A DNA stretch of 64,000 nt, taken from Candidatus Magasanikiibacteriota bacterium (GTDB lineage Bacteria > Patescibacteriota > Patescibacteriia > Magasanikbacterales > UBA922). Below the pieces are notes generated by a model, which saw only the letters and a program-made list of their open reading frames with translations, ran no database searches and was not told where the DNA came from. Made by a program: the position numbers and the translations under genes. This document shows, one piece after another, positions 62,749 to 64,000 of this stretch. The stretch is from NCBI GenBank assembly GCA_042218065.1, contig JBDGRL010000012.1, positions 4,244 to 68,243 of the forward strand. The letters run 5' to 3'. The stretch's first letter is position 1. The number at the start of each line of letters is the position of its first letter.

Positions 62749-64000
62749 ATGTCGATTAAACAATTTTTGTATACTTGTATATTTGGGGTTTTCATAAGCA
62801 GTTTTATTTTTTTGTCTCCTTTACCTTTGCAAGCAGAAGAAATTAATAATTATTCTGTAGATATAAAAATAAATAAAGACTCTTCAATTAATGTGTCTGA
62901 GAGTATTGAATATGATTTTGAAGAATCCTCCCGCCACGGAATTTTTAGAACCATACCACTAGATGCTTGGTCTGGTTTATTAGACAAAAAAATTGAAATC
63001 AGTGATATAAAAGTTACGGATAATAAAGGCAATGAAAGGCCATTTAAAATTCTTAGTAGTTTAAAAAAGAAAAAAATAAAAATCGGCGATCCTGATAAAA
63101 AAATATCAGGTATCCAGACTTACAATATTAGCTATAAAGTTGATTGGGTGTTGCGCTACCTAGCTGAGAAAGATGAGCTGTACTGGAATGCAATCGGTTC
63201 AGGCTGGGATGTCCCTATTAGAAAAGCAGAAGTTATAGTGAGGACTCCTAAGAAGATGGAAAGATCAAAGCTTACACTTAATTGTTTTGTGGGTAAGTCA
63301 GGAAGTAAGGAAAGCTGTGAGAATACTTATTTTGTTGGAAAAAATGGAAAAGTTACGCAAATTACATTTAAGCATAATAGTACAATTTCTGGTTCAGAGG
63401 CGTTTACTATAATTACAGCCTTCCCGAAAGAGATAGTACAAGAACCTAGCCAAGCTCAGTTAGCATTAAAATTAGTTAGCGATAATTGGACTCTAGCTTT
63501 ACCTATTTTGACAATAATAGTTATGTTATTTGTGTGGTATAAATGGGGTAGAGACAGAGCAGGTAGAGATAATGTTATAGCTCAATATGAACCACCTGAG
63601 GGGTTGACACCAATAGAAATTGGCATGTTAGTGGATGAAAAGATAGGTAATCACGATATATCAGCTCAAATAATTTACTTAGCTACTCAAGGTTACCTGG
63701 ATATAGGATACGAAAAAGAAGAGGGTATATTATTTGATGATAAGAAGTACATTCTAAAAAAGAAAAAAGATCTAAAAAAAGCCGAACCTGGATTTAATAA
63801 AAAATTATTGGGGATGTTGTTCAGTAGTAAAGATGAGGTTGGCTTGAGTGAGGTAAACTCAAACAAAATAAAGCTAGGGAGGATAAAAAAAGATATCTCT
63901 AAAAAATTAACTGATTCTGGGTACTACCGATTCAATCCAAATAAGATGCGCGGTATATTCATATTGATTGCAGTATTGCTTGCGTTTGGATCTTTTATCA
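62749..64000 (+). CDS. DUF2207-domain membrane protein (C-terminus runs off the window end)
   Basis: My own translation from the ATG at 62749 shows a signal peptide, INNYSVDIKINKDSSINVSESIEYDF...RHGIFRTIPL, YWNAIGSGWDVPI and YEPPEGLTPIEIGMLVDEKIGNHDISAQIIYLATQGYL. The frame stays open to 64000. Confidence 0.8.
   Translation, partial: MSIKQFLYTCIFGVFISSFIFLSPLPLQAEEINNYSVDIKINKDSSINVSESIEYDFEESSRHGIFRTIPLDAWSGLLDKKIEISDIKVTDNKGNERPFKILSSLKKKKIKIGDPDKKISGIQTYNISYKVDWVLRYLAEKDELYWNAIGSGWDVPIRKAEVIVRTPKKMERSKLTLNCFVGKSGSKESCENTYFVGKNGKVTQITFKHNSTISGSEAFTIITAFPKEIVQEPSQAQLALKLVSDNWTLALPILTIIVMLFVWYKWGRDRAGRDNVIAQYEPPEGLTPIEIGMLVDEKIGNHDISAQIIYLATQGYLDIGYEKEEGILFDDKKYILKKKKDLKKAEPGFNKKLLGMLFSSKDEVGLSEVNSNKIKLGRIKKDISKKLTDSGYYRFNPNKMRGIFILIAVLLAFGSFI

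Overview
This is an AT-rich, tightly packed bacterial chromosome segment with about 60 protein genes. One hand-counted host line, 45121-45180, has 15/60 G+C. Core genes: recJ (partial at the left edge), lepA, murJ, a beta-CASP RNase, uvrB, uvrA, uvrC, mraZ-rsmH-ftsL-like, a membrane-anchored Clp/Hsp100-type AAA+ ATPase, a MraY/WecA-family transferase, rplU, recR, ybaB, dnaB, an amino-acid dehydrogenase, murA, an S41 protease, and a partial DUF2207 gene at the right edge. From about 31.5 to 56.5 kb lies a large envelope-glycan region. It holds a GT4 gene, four GT2 genes (a fifth sits at 61.4 kb), two very large polytopic membrane proteins, a CDP-alcohol phosphatidyltransferase, HIT plus two NUDIX genes, a dTDP-glucose 4,6-dehydratase, a plant NRS/ER-like epimerase/reductase, a sugar-1-phosphate nucleotidyltransferase and a PEGA protein. 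The trimmed UvrA and UvrC, the many orphan acidic proteins and the sigma70-like TTGACA-N17-TAnnnT promoters fit a reduced CPR/Patescibacteria-like genome, but that placement is inference only. I recognised no rRNA, canonical tRNA, CRISPR array, transposase or integrase. The most unusual content is two short G+C-rich single-gene islands (24181-24711 on the minus strand, 44085-44965 on the plus strand) whose codon usage is foreign to the surrounding genome. The second island is followed by a 174-nt highly structured G+C-rich tail that ends in a non-canonical tRNA-like element (perfect T-arm plus acceptor-like helix). Other notable items: long nested inverted repeats filling two intergenic spacers of the GT2 cluster; a protein made of five 171-177-nt tandem repeats; a 2H-phosphoesterase/nucleotidyltransferase pair; a UvrA lacking the insertion domain; and 10-bp-periodic MraZ-box-like repeats over the mraZ promoter. 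None of the homology statements could be checked by search. They rest on motifs I can read in the translations.
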